This document shows positions 34,904-44,239 of a DNA stretch of 64,000 nucleotides, one piece after another (position 1 is the first letter of the stretch; each line of letters begins with the position of its first letter). The notes under the pieces were generated by a model. The model was given only the letters and a program-made list of their open reading frames with translations. It searched no databases and had not been told where the DNA came from. The stretch lies in contig CAWINE010000017.1 in the NCBI GenBank assembly GCA_963837315.1, positions 342,549-406,548 of the forward strand, written 5' to 3'. The position numbers and the translations under genes were made by a program. Source of the DNA: an uncultured Chloroflexia bacterium (GTDB lineage Bacteria > Chloroflexota > Chloroflexia > QHBQ01 > JADMIH01).

Positions 34904-36982
34904 ATGAGGCAGAACAAGAGGCCAACGCGGTTGTTGCGGCAGAGCATCATGGCGATGCTGACGATGTTTGTAATGCTGATCCCGGCGACGGGATATATGC
35001 CGTTTGGTAGCCGCGCAGCGCTGGCAGCAGGCTACACAGTCACCATTACGGCCAACCAGTTCCAGAATCCGGCGGGCAGTTCAGGGGGGCCGCTCGGCAT
35101 AGCGGTAGGCGATAGTGTGGAATGGCTGAACCAGAGCCCCGACTCGCAGGACATCGACATTCTAAGCGGACCTGTGTTGAACGTGTCTCCCGAGATTCAC
35201 CCTGGCAAATCCTGGAGCATGACCTTCACCGTTGCGGGCAAATACCACTACTCCAGCGAGTTCCACCCCGAGATGTCAGCCGACATTATCGTGGGCGGCT
35301 CAACGAGCGCCAGCCCAGTGGACCGGGTCGTGCAGACCTTCCCTGAGACCGGCAGGAGCGTGCGCGGCCTCTTCCTCGACTACTGGAATACGCATGGAGG
35401 GCTGGCGCAGCAAGGCTTCCCGATTTCGGAGGAGACGGAAGAGAAGAGCGATACCGATGGCAAGTTCTACACTGCGCAATACTTCGAGCGAGCAGTGTTC
35501 GAGTACCACCCCGAAAACCAGCCGCCGAACGACGTGCTCCTTTCGTTGCTTGGCGTTTTCCGCTACAAGGAGAAGTACCCCCACGGCGCCGCGAGCCAGC
35601 AGCCCAATACCTCGCCCGGCTCGGTCCTCTTTCAGCAAACCGGACACAGGCTGGGCGGAAAGTTCCTCGACTACTGGAATACGCATGGAGGGCTGGCGCA
35701 GCAAGGCTACCCGATCTCCGACGAGTTTATGGAGCAGAGTGACCTTAACGGCAAGACATACAGAGTGCAATACTTCGAGCGAGCAGTGTTCGAGTACCAC
35801 CCCGAGAACCAACCGCCGTACGACGTGCTGCTGTCGCAGCTAGGCAAGTTCCGTTATGACGAGGTGGCCCAAGCGCCGAAACCGGACGCGAACGGCATAC
35901 AGGTAATAGGCATATCGCAGGGACCGCAGCATTACCCGCTGCTGGCGGGGCCGCACGCCGCGCCCGGCCTCAACGTGTGGGTCTACCAGAACGACCCCCA
36001 GCCCGTTATCGGCTGGATGAGCGACCTGGGTGTGAAATATGCAATGCACCAGCTATCGTGGGGCGACCTGGAGCCTCAGAAGGGCGTATACAAGTGGGAA
36101 ATACTGGATAACGCGGTTGATGCCCTCTCGAAGGCGGGAGTGCGTGTTATCTTGAACCCCGTACACACTCCCGGATGGCTTCAGGCCCCCGACGGAGGGA
36201 TGACCGACACAGGCGAGCTCCAGCGGTTCATGACGCTGGTGGCGCAGCGATACAAAGGCAAAGTGGTCGGCTACCAGATATGGAACGAGCCGAACCTGGC
36301 CCGCGAGGTGGGCAAGTACGTCGTTTCGGCCCGCTATGCTGAAATTCTCAAAGCGGGCTACCTGGGAGTGAAAGCGGGCGACCCGAATGCCATAGTGATC
36401 ACGGCGGCCCTCACTCCCACAGGGGTGAATAACCCCGAGCTAGCAATAAACGACGTGACATTCCTGCAAGAGCTTTACGCGTACAACGGCGGCGAGCTGA
36501 AGGGCTATTTCGACGTGCTTGGGGGCCACCCCGGCTCTAACGCCAACCCGCCCAACACCTTCTATCCCACCAACCCCGGCCCCGGCCCCGGCTGGAACAA
36601 CGACCCCAGCTTCTACTTCAGGCGCATCGAGCAGTTGCGGCAGGTGATGGTAGAGAACGGCGACGCGCAGAAGCAGATGTGGCTCACTGAATTCGGCTGG
36701 GCGAGCACACCCAGCCCCGCGCCCGGCTTCGAATACGCCGCGCAGACCAGCGAGCAGGCGCAGGCCCAGTATATCGGCCAGGCCTTCCGCATGGGCCGCG
36801 ACCAGTACCCCTGGATGGGTGCCATGATCCTCTTCCAGCTAAATATGGCCCTCCCCAACGTCTCCACCGACCCCACCGACGAGCGCATCGCCTGGGGCAT
36901 CCTCCGCCGAGACGGCACCGAGCGCCCATCCTATACCGCCGTGAAGCAGTATGCGGCGGAATGGAATGCCGCGAATAAATAA
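34904..36982 (+). CDS. Secreted multidomain protein: cupredoxin-like domain, two LGFP-like repeats, clan GH-A (GH5/GH39-like) glycoside hydrolase domain
   Basis: GAAAGAGG RBS then ATG 34904. Signal/TM segment MAMLTMFVMLIPATG. GDSVEWLNQS...GKYHYSSEFHPEMSADIIVG. Repeats FLDYWNTHGGLAQQG(F/Y)PIS...QYFERAVFEYHPENQPP x2. YQIWNEPN and WLTEFGW catalytic-type motifs. Confidence 0.8.
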   Translation: MRQNKRPTRLLRQSIMAMLTMFVMLIPATGYMPFGSRAALAAGYTVTITANQFQNPAGSSGGPLGIAVGDSVEWLNQSPDSQDIDILSGPVLNVSPEIHPGKSWSMTFTVAGKYHYSSEFHPEMSADIIVGGSTSASPVDRVVQTFPETGRSVRGLFLDYWNTHGGLAQQGFPISEETEEKSDTDGKFYTAQYFERAVFEYHPENQPPNDVLLSLLGVFRYKEKYPHGAASQQPNTSPGSVLFQQTGHRLGGKFLDYWNTHGGLAQQGYPISDEFMEQSDLNGKTYRVQYFERAVFEYHPENQPPYDVLLSQLGKFRYDEVAQAPKPDANGIQVIGISQGPQHYPLLAGPHAAPGLNVWVYQNDPQPVIGWMSDLGVKYAMHQLSWGDLEPQKGVYKWEILDNAVDALSKAGVRVILNPVHTPGWLQAPDGGMTDTGELQRFMTLVAQRYKGKVVGYQIWNEPNLAREVGKYVVSARYAEILKAGYLGVKAGDPNAIVITAALTPTGVNNPELAINDVTFLQELYAYNGGELKGYFDVLGGHPGSNANPPNTFYPTNPGPGPGWNNDPSFYFRRIEQLRQVMVENGDAQKQMWLTEFGWASTPSPAPGFEYAAQTSEQAQAQYIGQAFRMGRDQYPWMGAMILFQLNMALPNVSTDPTDERIAWGILRRDGTERPSYTAVKQYAAEWNAANK

Positions 36983-37126
36983 GCGTGAACACGTTACCTA
37001 TCAAGACTTCAATAGGCCCTGAAACAGTCGAATTGCGCGCAGATTCCGCTTCTCTGCCTGAGAACCTTTATCTATTCGATGAGCGCAACAGGGCGTTCTT
37101 GGAATACCGCTCCAAAAAGCTCTACG

Positions 37127-37444
37127 ATGTTGGCCCTACAGCCCTACAATTGTAAATGGAGGGCCGTTACCGGCGTTTCTATTCTATTCCTGCCAGTTCT
37201 TATTGCAGTGCTATCTTCTTTGTACAGGGACACTGTTATTGGGATAAGAACAGATCAACTTCGGCAAGATGGTGTTACGCCCCATGGGCGCATAACAAGG
37301 CACGATAAATTTGGGGGTGGTAGGAGCGGTCCAAGTTATGAGATATCATTCCAGTTAATAATTAATGGCACGACTGTGATAGTGCCCATAGAAGAATCCA
37401 GGCTTACCGAAGGCTTTGCAGGGTCGAAAAGCATTGTACCTTAG
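37127..37444 (+). CDS. Hypothetical small membrane-anchored protein in an AT-richer patch
   Basis: ORF 37079-37444 with one TM segment (VSILFLPVLIAVLSSLY). No family recognised, weak support. Confidence 0.3.
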   Translation: MLALQPYNCKWRAVTGVSILFLPVLIAVLSSLYRDTVIGIRTDQLRQDGVTPHGRITRHDKFGGGRSGPSYEISFQLIINGTTVIVPIEESRLTEGFAGSKSIVP

Positions 37445-37616
37445 TCTCATCAAGGTCAGGCAGAACCATGACCCGCACCTTCGTGACAGGCTGGCCGCGA
37501 AATAAACCTCGCCTGGAGGTAGGAACTCCAATAGCCCTTCTATTTCAGAATTACAAGAATTTCCAGGTGCTTTAGCTCGGATAAGCAGAAGTGAAGCTTA
37601 TCGGATCCTTCGCTAT

Positions 37617-39495
37617 CTACCTGACAGCGTCGCCTTTGAGCAGGCTCGTGCCGTCGGCTCCCAGCACTTCGATGTTATCGGCGGGGCCGGAAAGAGGGAT
37701 TGTGGCGGGGGTATCGGGGTAGGCGTCGAAGTGGTAACTGGTTGTGCCTGTAGAGGGGTTGGTCACCAGCAGGGTCGCGCCTTCGGTGCGCCTGGTGGGC
37801 AGGACATGAGCGATGTTGCCATCAACCGATACGGTGCCCCATGGGCTTGCCACGCTGACGCCTCCTGTGTGGGCGACGGGCTGCCATTTCTCAGTCCAGC
37901 CGAGAGCGCCGTTCGGTGGGAAGAGCGCATAGTCCCAAAATGTGGGTGTGATGCCGCCCCAAAGCTCGGCGTAAGACGAATCGCCGTCTGTGTAGACTGA
38001 GGGGTTGAGGTCGGGACCCCAGCCGAACATCTTGAGGCCCGGCATATCTTTGTTGGAGAAGGTCTTGACCAGCCCCTCGTCGGCATCGGGATTGTATACC
38101 GCCGCGAAAGCGCCTCGACTTGGGCGCAGGCGGAGCGAAGCCGCCCAGCCAGCCGCCCCATGTGGAGCTATCCGACAGCAGGCGTCCGCTGTAGTTGGGC
38201 CAACTGATAACGCTATGCGCCGCCGGCAGGCCCGTATCACTGGTGCTGTGGATTATCATTTGCGTGGTGGGGATGATGAACTGCATCCTGGTCGAGACAT
38301 GGTTGGTGCCGCCGGGAGCAACCATCGCGTTGGTCCAGAGTTGGCCGCGCTGCTGGGCTGCCGTGCGGTTCTCTATTCGCGCCGATACCGTGTAGGCATC
38401 CTCTTCGGGGCTGAGGGTGATCGTGCCTGTCACCTTCATGCCGGTCAGCCTGTCGGTGGCCGAAACTGTCACGGTGGCCCCACCATCGCCGTTGCGGGTG
38501 GTAGTGGCGTCCCAGGGGAGATATTCCATCAGGCCGTGCTCTTCGGTTGGGGCGGCCCATTCCATGCCGCCAACTCCCAGCCACCAGCCTTTGTCCGAGA
38601 AGGGTGCCGGCTTGACCACGGGGTTGCGGTATAGCTCGTCGTGGCCTGTGGGCTTGTAGATGGCTTCGTAGAGCCGCCCACCAAGTTGCGGCAGCACGCT
38701 CAGCTTGATGTAACGGTTCTCAAGCACGATAAGGCGGTAGGTGTGCACAGTAATCGGCCCCATCTTGTTGAGGTCGAGATGCGGGTATGGAGCGACCGAG
38801 TCGTTCGTGGGAGTGTAGAAACCCTCTTCGTAGCCGTACGTGGGCAGGCTCACGCTGGTCTCGGTTATTTGCACGCGCTGGGCGAGTAAATCGCGCCCCA
38901 GCAGGCCAAGCTGCACCTCGTAAGGCGTGCCCGCCTGGTCGGGGTGTAGCTCGAAGCGGTTACGCTGGAAATATTGCACGGTCACACCGTTCTCCACCAA
39001 CGGCTCGGAGATTGGGTACCCGAAGAGGGCCAGCCCGCCGTTTTGCTGCCAGTAGTCGAGGAACTTGCCTGCGAGCGTGTGCTGGGTCTCAGGGAAATAG
39101 AGGCGCGTGGGCGTGGTGGAGGCGTCTGCGACGGGCGAGGGGGCGAAGTTGCGCCCCGCAGTCTCGATGCTGCCCAGGAGGCCAAGCTGCACTTCGTAGC
39201 CGGTGCCCGCGTTTTCGGGGTGGTATTCGATACGGGCGCGCTCCAGGTATTGCACCATGAAACCGCCCTCGGTCTCCGGGTCGGTAAGAGGGTAGCCGAG
39301 GAGTGGCACGCCGCCGTGGCTGTCGAAGAAAGAGATAAATTCTGGGGCGAGCGTCTTGCCCGTCTCAGGATAGTTTCGCCCCTGTGCCTGGGCCGTTACG
39401 ATGTGCGTTCCGGCGGCGGAAAAGAATAGACCCAGCGCAAGAACTGCCAGGCTAATGCCCGCGATCTTCTTATTTGTTCTCGTTGCCATAATCAA
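37617..39495 (-). pseudogene. Secreted protein: two LGFP-like repeats plus DUF5107/mutarotase-like domain, one frameshift
   Basis: ORFs 37891-39495 and 37617-38240 join near 38105-38160 (...STWGGWLGGF / GAFAAVYNPDADEGLVKTF...). Signal peptide. FISFFDSHGGVPLLGYPLT..VQYLERARIEYHPE and FLDYWQQNGGLALFGYPIS..VQYFQRNRFELHPD. Confidence 0.7.
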
Positions 39496-39689
39496 ATACG
39501 TATCTTTACTTCAGCTTCGTCCTGTTTCGCCCAAAGAAAAGGACGGACACCCATCCGCCCTAGCATACCACAACGTGAAGACGGTTCATTCCTGCTTTGC
39601 ACATCTCGTGCTCTGGTAATAGAACGTTTTAGGCTGAGGCAGGTTGCACGGCGAGGGGTCAGGGGCCGGGAGACCAATGACGAATTACG

Positions 39690-39760
39690 ATAGGTAACTG
39701 CTGCTACTGCTGCTACTGCTTACTACGTTTTACGTTTTACGTTTTACGTTTTGCGCGTTC
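39690..39760. repeat. CTGCTAC and ACGTTTT tandem arrays overlapping the 3' end of the epimerase gene
   Basis: ctgctgctactgctgctactgcttactacgttttacgttttacgttttacgttttgcg. On the minus strand it encodes ...NAQNVKRKT and the TAA stop. Confidence 0.85.
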
Positions 39761-40767
39761 GTCGGTCCCCTCGTCTCCGCCTCCCACTCCATATTCCACG
39801 CCACCGCCCTGGGTATTCCCTCTTCCAGGGGCACTTTTGGATCGTAGCTCAGGAGCTCTCTTGCTTTGGTGATGTCGGCTACATAGTGAGTGACTTCGCC
39901 GAGGAGGGGAGTGGCGAGTGTGATCTTCGGCTCTTTGCCGACGGCCTGGCCTATCAGTTGGGCCATTCTCACGAGAGTGTTGCCCTGGCCGTAGGCGAGA
40001 TTGATGGTCTGGTTCTCGACCCGTCCTTCATGCAGGGCATAGATGCCTGCTGCGATGCCGCTCACACAGTCGTCTATATAGGTGAAATCGAGCACTTTGT
40101 TCTCGCCGAAGATCGTGATGGGCTGGTTGTTGGCGACGCGGCGGATGAAGAGTGGGATAACACGCTCCATCCGCTCGATGTCGTTATCATAGCGCCCGTA
40201 GACATTGGAGAAGCGGAAGACGATATATTTCAGATCATAGCAGCGTGCATAAGAGTAGATGAAGGCTTCGCTGGCAATCTTGGAGGCTGAATAGGGAGAT
40301 TCGGTGTAGGCGAAGTGAGCCGTGATCTCCGTCCTTCGTCCTCCGGTTCCTCCTTCGCCCATTGTCTTAGCGCTCTGGGCCTCGTCCTCGATGTAGCGGT
40401 GGATGTCGCCGTAGACCTCGCGGCTGCTCGAAAAGACTATCGGCAAGCGCGCAAGGCGGCAATATTCGAGCACGTTGTAGGTCATTGAGATGTTTTCCAT
40501 AGCCCGGTGCGGGTGGCGCACAAGCTCGTGCACTTTGGCGTGGGCCGCCAGGTGTACCACCAGGTCTACCTTCGGGTACTCGACGCCGCCGATGCCCCCC
40601 TCGTAGGGTGGGTAGGGGCTGGAGAGGTCTTGCAGCAGGTAGCGGAAGCGGTCGGTCCAGGTGTTGACGCGCTTGTCCACGCCGAACACTTCGTGCCCGT
40701 CGTCCATCAGCCGCAGCGCCAGGTTAGTGCCGATTTGCCCGGACGAGCCGGTGATCAGTACGCGCAT
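39730..40767 (-). CDS. NAD-dependent epimerase/dehydratase (extended SDR)
   Basis: MRVLITGSSGQIGTNL, SPYSASK catalytic YxxxK region, FRFSNVYG. Confidence 0.85.
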   Translation of the reverse strand: MRVLITGSSGQIGTNLALRLMDDGHEVFGVDKRVNTWTDRFRYLLQDLSSPYPPYEGGIGGVEYPKVDLVVHLAAHAKVHELVRHPHRAMENISMTYNVLEYCRLARLPIVFSSSREVYGDIHRYIEDEAQSAKTMGEGGTGGRRTEITAHFAYTESPYSASKIASEAFIYSYARCYDLKYIVFRFSNVYGRYDNDIERMERVIPLFIRRVANNQPITIFGENKVLDFTYIDDCVSGIAAGIYALHEGRVENQTINLAYGQGNTLVRMAQLIGQAVGKEPKITLATPLLGEVTHYVADITKARELLSYDPKVPLEEGIPRAVAWNMEWEAETRGPTNAQNVKRKT

Positions 40768-40773
40768 CTATGC

Positions 40774-41475
40774 TTAGTCCTCTGTTTCACGGTGTCGTAA
40801 GGCCTGGCACGCTTCAATAAACTCATGAGACGTGGATGTATATCCTTCATTGGTCTCGAACAATCTCATAATTGCGTAGCGCACCCAACCGCCTTCAGGA
40901 TTGTGGTTATCAAGGGTATCTGCGAACTCGTTTGTACCTGGCGGACTTGTGCAATCGCGGAGCATAATAACCCGGAAGTTATGCTCCATGGCTCCTATGC
41001 AAGTATGGTAAAGACAAGACCTCAGACTGAAGCCTACGGCAATCAATGTGTCTATGCCCCAGGTTTTGAGGTACTGGCCGGCGAATGTATCTCGGAATCC
41101 GTTGCGGTCAGCTTTCTGAAACTCCGGCTCGGTATCCAGGGGCGCTATGATCGGGAAATAGCTGGGTCTTGAAGGTTTCCAGCCTGATGGGTCGAGGCGC
41201 TCGCGAGCATGCCGCGTTCCGTGTAGCTCTCGTGATATGTTGCGAGGCCCACCTTCTCCACCCGGCGCGTTGTGGAAGTATATGACTTTAGTTCCAACCT
41301 CGCGTGCTGCTGCCAGAACAGGCGCGATATTTTCTTTGATTACCTTGTTATTTTCGGGTCCGCAATCACCATAACAATCCACAAGCATAAGAGCCGTTCC
41401 GACTACGTCAATGTTCAGCGTTCTATAAATTGCTATTTCATCATGGAATTGCACTTGTAACGTCAGTTTGCTCAT
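40774..41475 (-). CDS. Isochorismatase-family cysteine hydrolase
   Basis: ALMLVDCYGD..., TLIAVGFSLRSCLYHTCIGAMEHNFRVIMLRDC. Confidence 0.75.
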   Translation of the reverse strand: MSKLTLQVQFHDEIAIYRTLNIDVVGTALMLVDCYGDCGPENNKVIKENIAPVLAAAREVGTKVIYFHNAPGGEGGPRNISRELHGTRHARERLDPSGWKPSRPSYFPIIAPLDTEPEFQKADRNGFRDTFAGQYLKTWGIDTLIAVGFSLRSCLYHTCIGAMEHNFRVIMLRDCTSPPGTNEFADTLDNHNPEGGWVRYAIMRLFETNEGYTSTSHEFIEACQALRHRETED

Positions 41476-41518
41476 GTAAGTGTTCTTTGGCGCACAATCA
41501 AATACCTTATCAATTCAA

Positions 41519-41743
41519 TCAAGTGGCTGTTTGGTAGATAACGGGGCGATAGCGCGGTTCCGGAATGGGTTTTCCTTCTATCTTTGCGGCCTCCAACCAG
41601 GCGGACTTTGCTATTTCCAGTTCAGCCAAAGCCTCATAAGGCGTCTTACCGAAAGCGGAGCAGTATTCCAAATCAGGGATATCGGCAATATAGCCTTCAT
41701 CCTCGTCGCTATAAAAGATATTGATATGGTAATCTTTCATCAT
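41519..41743 (-). CDS. HicB-family antitoxin-like protein
   Basis: YHINIFYSDEDEGYIADIPDLEYCSAFGKTPYEALAELEIAKSAWLEAAKIEGKPIPEP. Confidence 0.8.
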   Translation of the reverse strand: MMKDYHINIFYSDEDEGYIADIPDLEYCSAFGKTPYEALAELEIAKSAWLEAAKIEGKPIPEPRYRPVIYQTAT

Positions 41744-41948
41744 CTTCGATTAACTTTTGGTCGTACCTCGAAGCTATTCCGCGAGCCATAGAAACAACCA
41801 TCGAATTCAGCGAAGAAGTTTGCCTGGCCAAGTAACAAAGGTACTTTTTCAGAGCGCGTCCAGGCAAATGCCAGTCGAACCGGCTCAAATTGCCCTCGCC
41901 ACGTGCATTTTTGAGTGGGGCATATGGAACGAGTAGGCTATCAGCCAT
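41709..41948 (-). CDS. Small hypothetical protein upstream of hicB, possible degenerate or frameshifted toxin
   Basis: The ORF overlaps hicB by 35 nt. An alternative frame after the A5 run near 41840 ends in ATGA overlap with the hicB start, which suggests a 1-nt indel. I could not see a clear HicA GSH motif. Confidence 0.35.
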   Translation of the reverse strand: MADSLLVPYAPLKNARGEGNLSRFDWHLPGRALKKYLCYLARQTSSLNSMVVSMARGIASRYDQKLIEDDERLPYQYLL

Positions 41949-42156
41949 TAGGTGATTCTACAACGTCTTGCAGCATCTTGTTCAGTTTCGCAGCAGCTTC
42001 CGGCGCATCGAAAGGCGACCAGATTTCATATTGCGCCCCAGGAATCAATAGAGCTTCTTCCTCAGCCGATAATTCTAGCACCAATAGTTGCATGGCCCGA
42101 AGCTTATCGGCCCGATTAAGCTTACGAAGCTCCACAAATAGCTCTTCAGCACTCAT
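41941..42156 (-). CDS. Small hypothetical protein (71 aa), antitoxin-like, translationally coupled to the next ORF
   Basis: MSAEELFVELRKLNRADKLRAMQLLVLELSAEEE... It overlaps the downstream ATG by 8 nt. Confidence 0.45.
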   Translation of the reverse strand: MSAEELFVELRKLNRADKLRAMQLLVLELSAEEEALLIPGAQYEIWSPFDAPEAAAKLNKMLQDVVESPNG

Positions 42157-42184
42157 TTTCGTCGTCTATCTCCTCATAGTATGT

Positions 42185-43120
42185 TCATGCTTCAAGCTTC
42201 TCCAGCACCCCTTGCAAGTCTTCGGGCAGATCGCTCGTGAACTCGCGCCACTCGCCCGTTGAGGGTAGTGTAAACCCCAGGCGCTGGGCGTGCAAGAACT
42301 GGCGTTTGAGGCCGAGCGCGGCTGCGTCGTTCAGCGTCCTTTTGCCGTACACAGGGTCGCCCAGTATCGGGTGGCCGGTGGAGGCCATATGCACCCTTAT
42401 CTGGTGGGTCCGGCCCGTTTCCAGGGTGGCTCGTATAAGAGTAGAGCGTCCCAGGTCGCGCTCGGTGGTGTAGCGAGTGCGGGCATGGCGGCCACCGGGC
42501 ACGATGGCCATGCGCTTGCGGTCGCGAGGGTCGCGGGCGATAGGGGCGTCTATTATGCCCTGGGGCGGGCGGGGTGTGCCTGCCACCAGAGCGACATATT
42601 CTTTCAGCATCGTGCGGGATGCCATCTGCCTGGAGAGGTTTTCGTGAGCCGAGCGCCTCTTGGCTACCACAATCAGGCCGCTCGTGTCCCTGTCCAGGCG
42701 ATGCACGATACCCGGACGCGCCTCGTCGCCCATGTCAAGCTCGATGCCGGGCACGTGTGCCAGGAGGGCATTTACAAGTGTACCGCTGCCGTGGCCAGGC
42801 GCGGGGTGGACCACCATGCCCGCAGGCTTGTCCACCACCAGCAGGTCGGCATCCTCGTACACGACTTTGAGGGGTATCTCCTCGGCGAATAGGCCACTGG
42901 GCTGAGGAGCCGGTATCTCGACATTAACGAGGTCCCCGGCCTTCAGCCTGTGGCTCGTCTTGCTTACTAAGATGCCGTTCACCGTCACCATGCCCGATTC
43001 GATAAGCATAGCCGCATAGGATCGCGATACATCTGCGATATGCATAGCTATGGCACGGTCGAGGCGCTCACCCTCATCTTCGGGCGTAGCTTGCCATTCT
43101 ACAATATTCGGGGTAACCAT
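42185..43120 (-). CDS. rluD: RluA-family 23S rRNA pseudouridine synthase (RluD-like) with S4 domain
   Basis: HRLDRDTSGLIVVAK, GRTHQIRVH. Confidence 0.9.
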   Translation of the reverse strand: MVTPNIVEWQATPEDEGERLDRAIAMHIADVSRSYAAMLIESGMVTVNGILVSKTSHRLKAGDLVNVEIPAPQPSGLFAEEIPLKVVYEDADLLVVDKPAGMVVHPAPGHGSGTLVNALLAHVPGIELDMGDEARPGIVHRLDRDTSGLIVVAKRRSAHENLSRQMASRTMLKEYVALVAGTPRPPQGIIDAPIARDPRDRKRMAIVPGGRHARTRYTTERDLGRSTLIRATLETGRTHQIRVHMASTGHPILGDPVYGKRTLNDAAALGLKRQFLHAQRLGFTLPSTGEWREFTSDLPEDLQGVLEKLEA

Positions 43121-43166
43121 AGTGGAGTTCTAGTTGGGTTCTGAGTTCTGAGGCGAGAGGGCTAAC

Positions 43167-43757
43167 TCATGACTCCCGAAGAGCAGTGCTCTTTGGGTCT
43201 GTCTCGGGCTCCTGGGGAGTGGGCAGGGTGGTGTCCATGGGAGGGACCGTGGTGGCCTCCGGCAGAGCAGGCTCGCTTGTCTTGCCGAACAAGAGGCCGA
43301 CCAGAATAAGTATCACACCCACGGTGATGGCGCTGTCGGCTGTGTTAAATACGGGGAATGTATAGACCGTATTATTGAGCGTCAGTTGCGGCCTGTATAC
43401 TTCGATGAAATCTCGCACGTAGCCAAGGCTGATGCGGTCCGCGAAGTTGCCGAGCGCGCCGCCTATTACCAGCCCCGCGGCCAGCACCGACAGCGAAGAA
43501 GGGTTGCCCAACCGCACGAATGCGACGACTATACCCGTTATCACCACCACCGACACGATGCTGAGGATACCTGTGGCGTCGGAGAAGATGCCGAATGCCG
43601 CACCCGTGTTCTGAGTATAGCGGAGGCGTATATAACCCTCAATTATGGGGCTAGTCTGTCCAAGCTCCAGGCTGCTTGAAATCCAGAGCTTGGTAAGCTG
43701 GTCCAGTACCAGCACCACCAGCGCCGCCAGGGACATCAGGATGAAACTTCGTTTCAT
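43167..43757 (-). CDS. lspA: Lipoprotein signal peptidase II
   Basis: NTGAAFG, FPVFNTADSAITVG, four TM segments. Confidence 0.9.
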   Translation of the reverse strand: MKRSFILMSLAALVVLVLDQLTKLWISSSLELGQTSPIIEGYIRLRYTQNTGAAFGIFSDATGILSIVSVVVITGIVVAFVRLGNPSSLSVLAAGLVIGGALGNFADRISLGYVRDFIEVYRPQLTLNNTVYTFPVFNTADSAITVGVILILVGLLFGKTSEPALPEATTVPPMDTTLPTPQEPETDPKSTALRES

Positions 43758-43825
43758 AATTACGAATTACGAATTACGAATTACGAATTTACGAATTGCC
43801 AACCTTTCATTCGTAATTCGTAATT
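43758..43825. repeat. TTACGAA-heptamer hairpin (same unit as 1347-1419)
   Basis: aattacgaattacgaattacgaattacgaatttacgaatt - gccaacctttc - attcgtaattcgtaatt. Confidence 0.9.
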
Positions 43826-43833
43826 CAAGTAAT

Positions 43834-44226
43834 TTATAGCTTCCCTCTGTCTGCCAGTTGCTGGCAATCTATGTCATAGATGGACGAGGGGCGGGCTTCG
43901 AGGCGGGCAGGGTTGATCGGTTTGCCGCAGTTGGCGCAGGTGCCGTATGTGCCGGCTTTGATCCGGGCCAGGGCTGTGTTGATCTGGTCGATCTCGCGCT
44001 GGGCATTCTGCTGTAATGAGAGCATCGTCTCTTGCTCTGCGGTTTCGTTGGCATCGTCGGCCATGTGGTTGCCGATTCCGCCGCGCTCCGGCACAAGGTC
44101 GTCGCCGTCCTCGGCTACCTGCTTTTCTTTAATCTGAACGTCGCGCAGCAGTTGCGCTTTCATCTTGAGAAGCCGTTCTCTGGCCACTTCCACGTCAATG
44201 GATACTACGTCACTGTCGCTATCCAT
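43834..44226 (-). CDS. DksA/TraR-family C4 zinc-finger protein
   Basis: ALARIKAGTYGTCANCGKPINPARLEARP. Confidence 0.85.
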   Translation of the reverse strand: MDSDSDVVSIDVEVARERLLKMKAQLLRDVQIKEKQVAEDGDDLVPERGGIGNHMADDANETAEQETMLSLQQNAQREIDQINTALARIKAGTYGTCANCGKPINPARLEARPSSIYDIDCQQLADRGKL

Positions 44227-44239
44227 GTATTTCTCCTGT

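Noticed and set aside
36990-37620. AT-richer patch with a small ORF as a possible genomic islet or mobile element remnant
   Set aside because: There are no integrase, transposase, flanking direct repeats or tRNA target. The composition was judged only by eye, so the evidence is insufficient.
40325-40390. Possible repeat-derived in-frame insertion in the epimerase (AQSAKTMGEGGTGGRRTEIT, DNA contains ccgtccttcgtcctcc)
   Set aside because: Only one degenerate arm of about two units is present, with no complementary arm. The loop length is within the range seen in extended SDRs. It cannot be distinguished from native sequence without an alignment.
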